Part shown: positions 63,431 through 64,000 of the stretch, one piece after another
Layout: each line of letters begins with the position of its first letter
How positions within the stretch are numbered: the stretch's first letter is position 1
Assembly: GCA_028534125.1 (NCBI GenBank)
Contig: CM052816.1
Span: 73,100,001-73,164,000 of the forward strand
Source of the DNA: Lama glama
Lineage: Eukaryota
DNA length: 64,000 bases
Direction: 5' to 3'
The notes under the pieces: generated by a model
What the model was told of the DNA's origin: nothing
Seen by the model: the letters and a program-made list of their open reading frames with translations, nothing else
The model's database searches: none
Program-made: the position numbers and the translations under genes

Positions 63431-64000
63431 ACACAGAGAAGTCAACAGGATGATTGAATCAGGCAGAGGAAAATCAGAGGAGAGGCCAGGAGACTGTTTA
63501 AGATTTTCCAGTCTGTTTTATTTCCTACTCAAATTTAAATAGAGAGACACTAAGTCCTGCAAAAGCAGGAACCTAAAGCCTCAAACTTTAGGATCCAGCA
63601 TTTTCTTTCTTTAACATTTGTACTCTAGCAAAACCAAAGACAATAGTGTGTGTATTACTACAAGACCAACCAATGTCTATGGACAAAATGGTTGAATTGT
63701 GTAACTCCCTTGAGGGACCGTTACTGTTATGACCATAAATACAATTAAAATGTATTGGTTTCTTCCTATTTTGAATGGTTTTATTATGCTTCCTCTTTTT
63801 TGTGTTATAGGAACAGTAAACACACAAACTGTTCATTGAACACACCTGTATTAATTAGTGTTCCCTCTCCTACCAGTCAGATATGGCTCATTCTCCACTA
63901 CCCTTCTCACTAGATTAACAAAAAAAAAAAAAAGAAAGAAAAATGAAGAATGCTAACCTACAGCAGGAGGGAAGAGGTAGGTGAAAAATTTCATGAGAAA

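Noticed and set aside
1..64000. CRISPR arrays, operons or other prokaryote-type systems
   Set aside because: Sequence is mammalian repeat-rich DNA; no regularly spaced repeat-spacer array or gene-dense block seen.

Overview
AT-rich mammalian genomic DNA, most likely a camelid (camel/alpaca/llama), judged from three tRNA-derived SINEs of the camelid Vic-1 type and cetartiodactyl-type L1 3' ends. I recognise no protein-coding exon, RNA gene or CpG-island promoter. The ORF track is explained by L1 fragments, N-gaps and chance ORFs. The window looks intergenic or deep-intronic and is filled with interspersed repeats: L1 of several ages, L2, MIR, a CR1/L3 remnant, MaLR/ERV solo LTRs, and hAT and Tigger MITEs. 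It has two assembly gaps. The best-supported curiosities are mechanistic: three independent 5'-inverted (twin-primed) L1 insertions, a locally templated inverted duplication giving a 36-bp-arm palindrome at about 5.8 kb, and further short palindromes/templated insertions. More speculative are unique segments with hairpin or TF-motif clusters (12.1-12.6 kb, 55.0-55.3 kb) and candidate non-coding exons. I did not find convincing evidence of a new biological system. Repeat subfamily names are from recall of consensus sequences, and boundaries are approximate unless a TSD/TIR is quoted.
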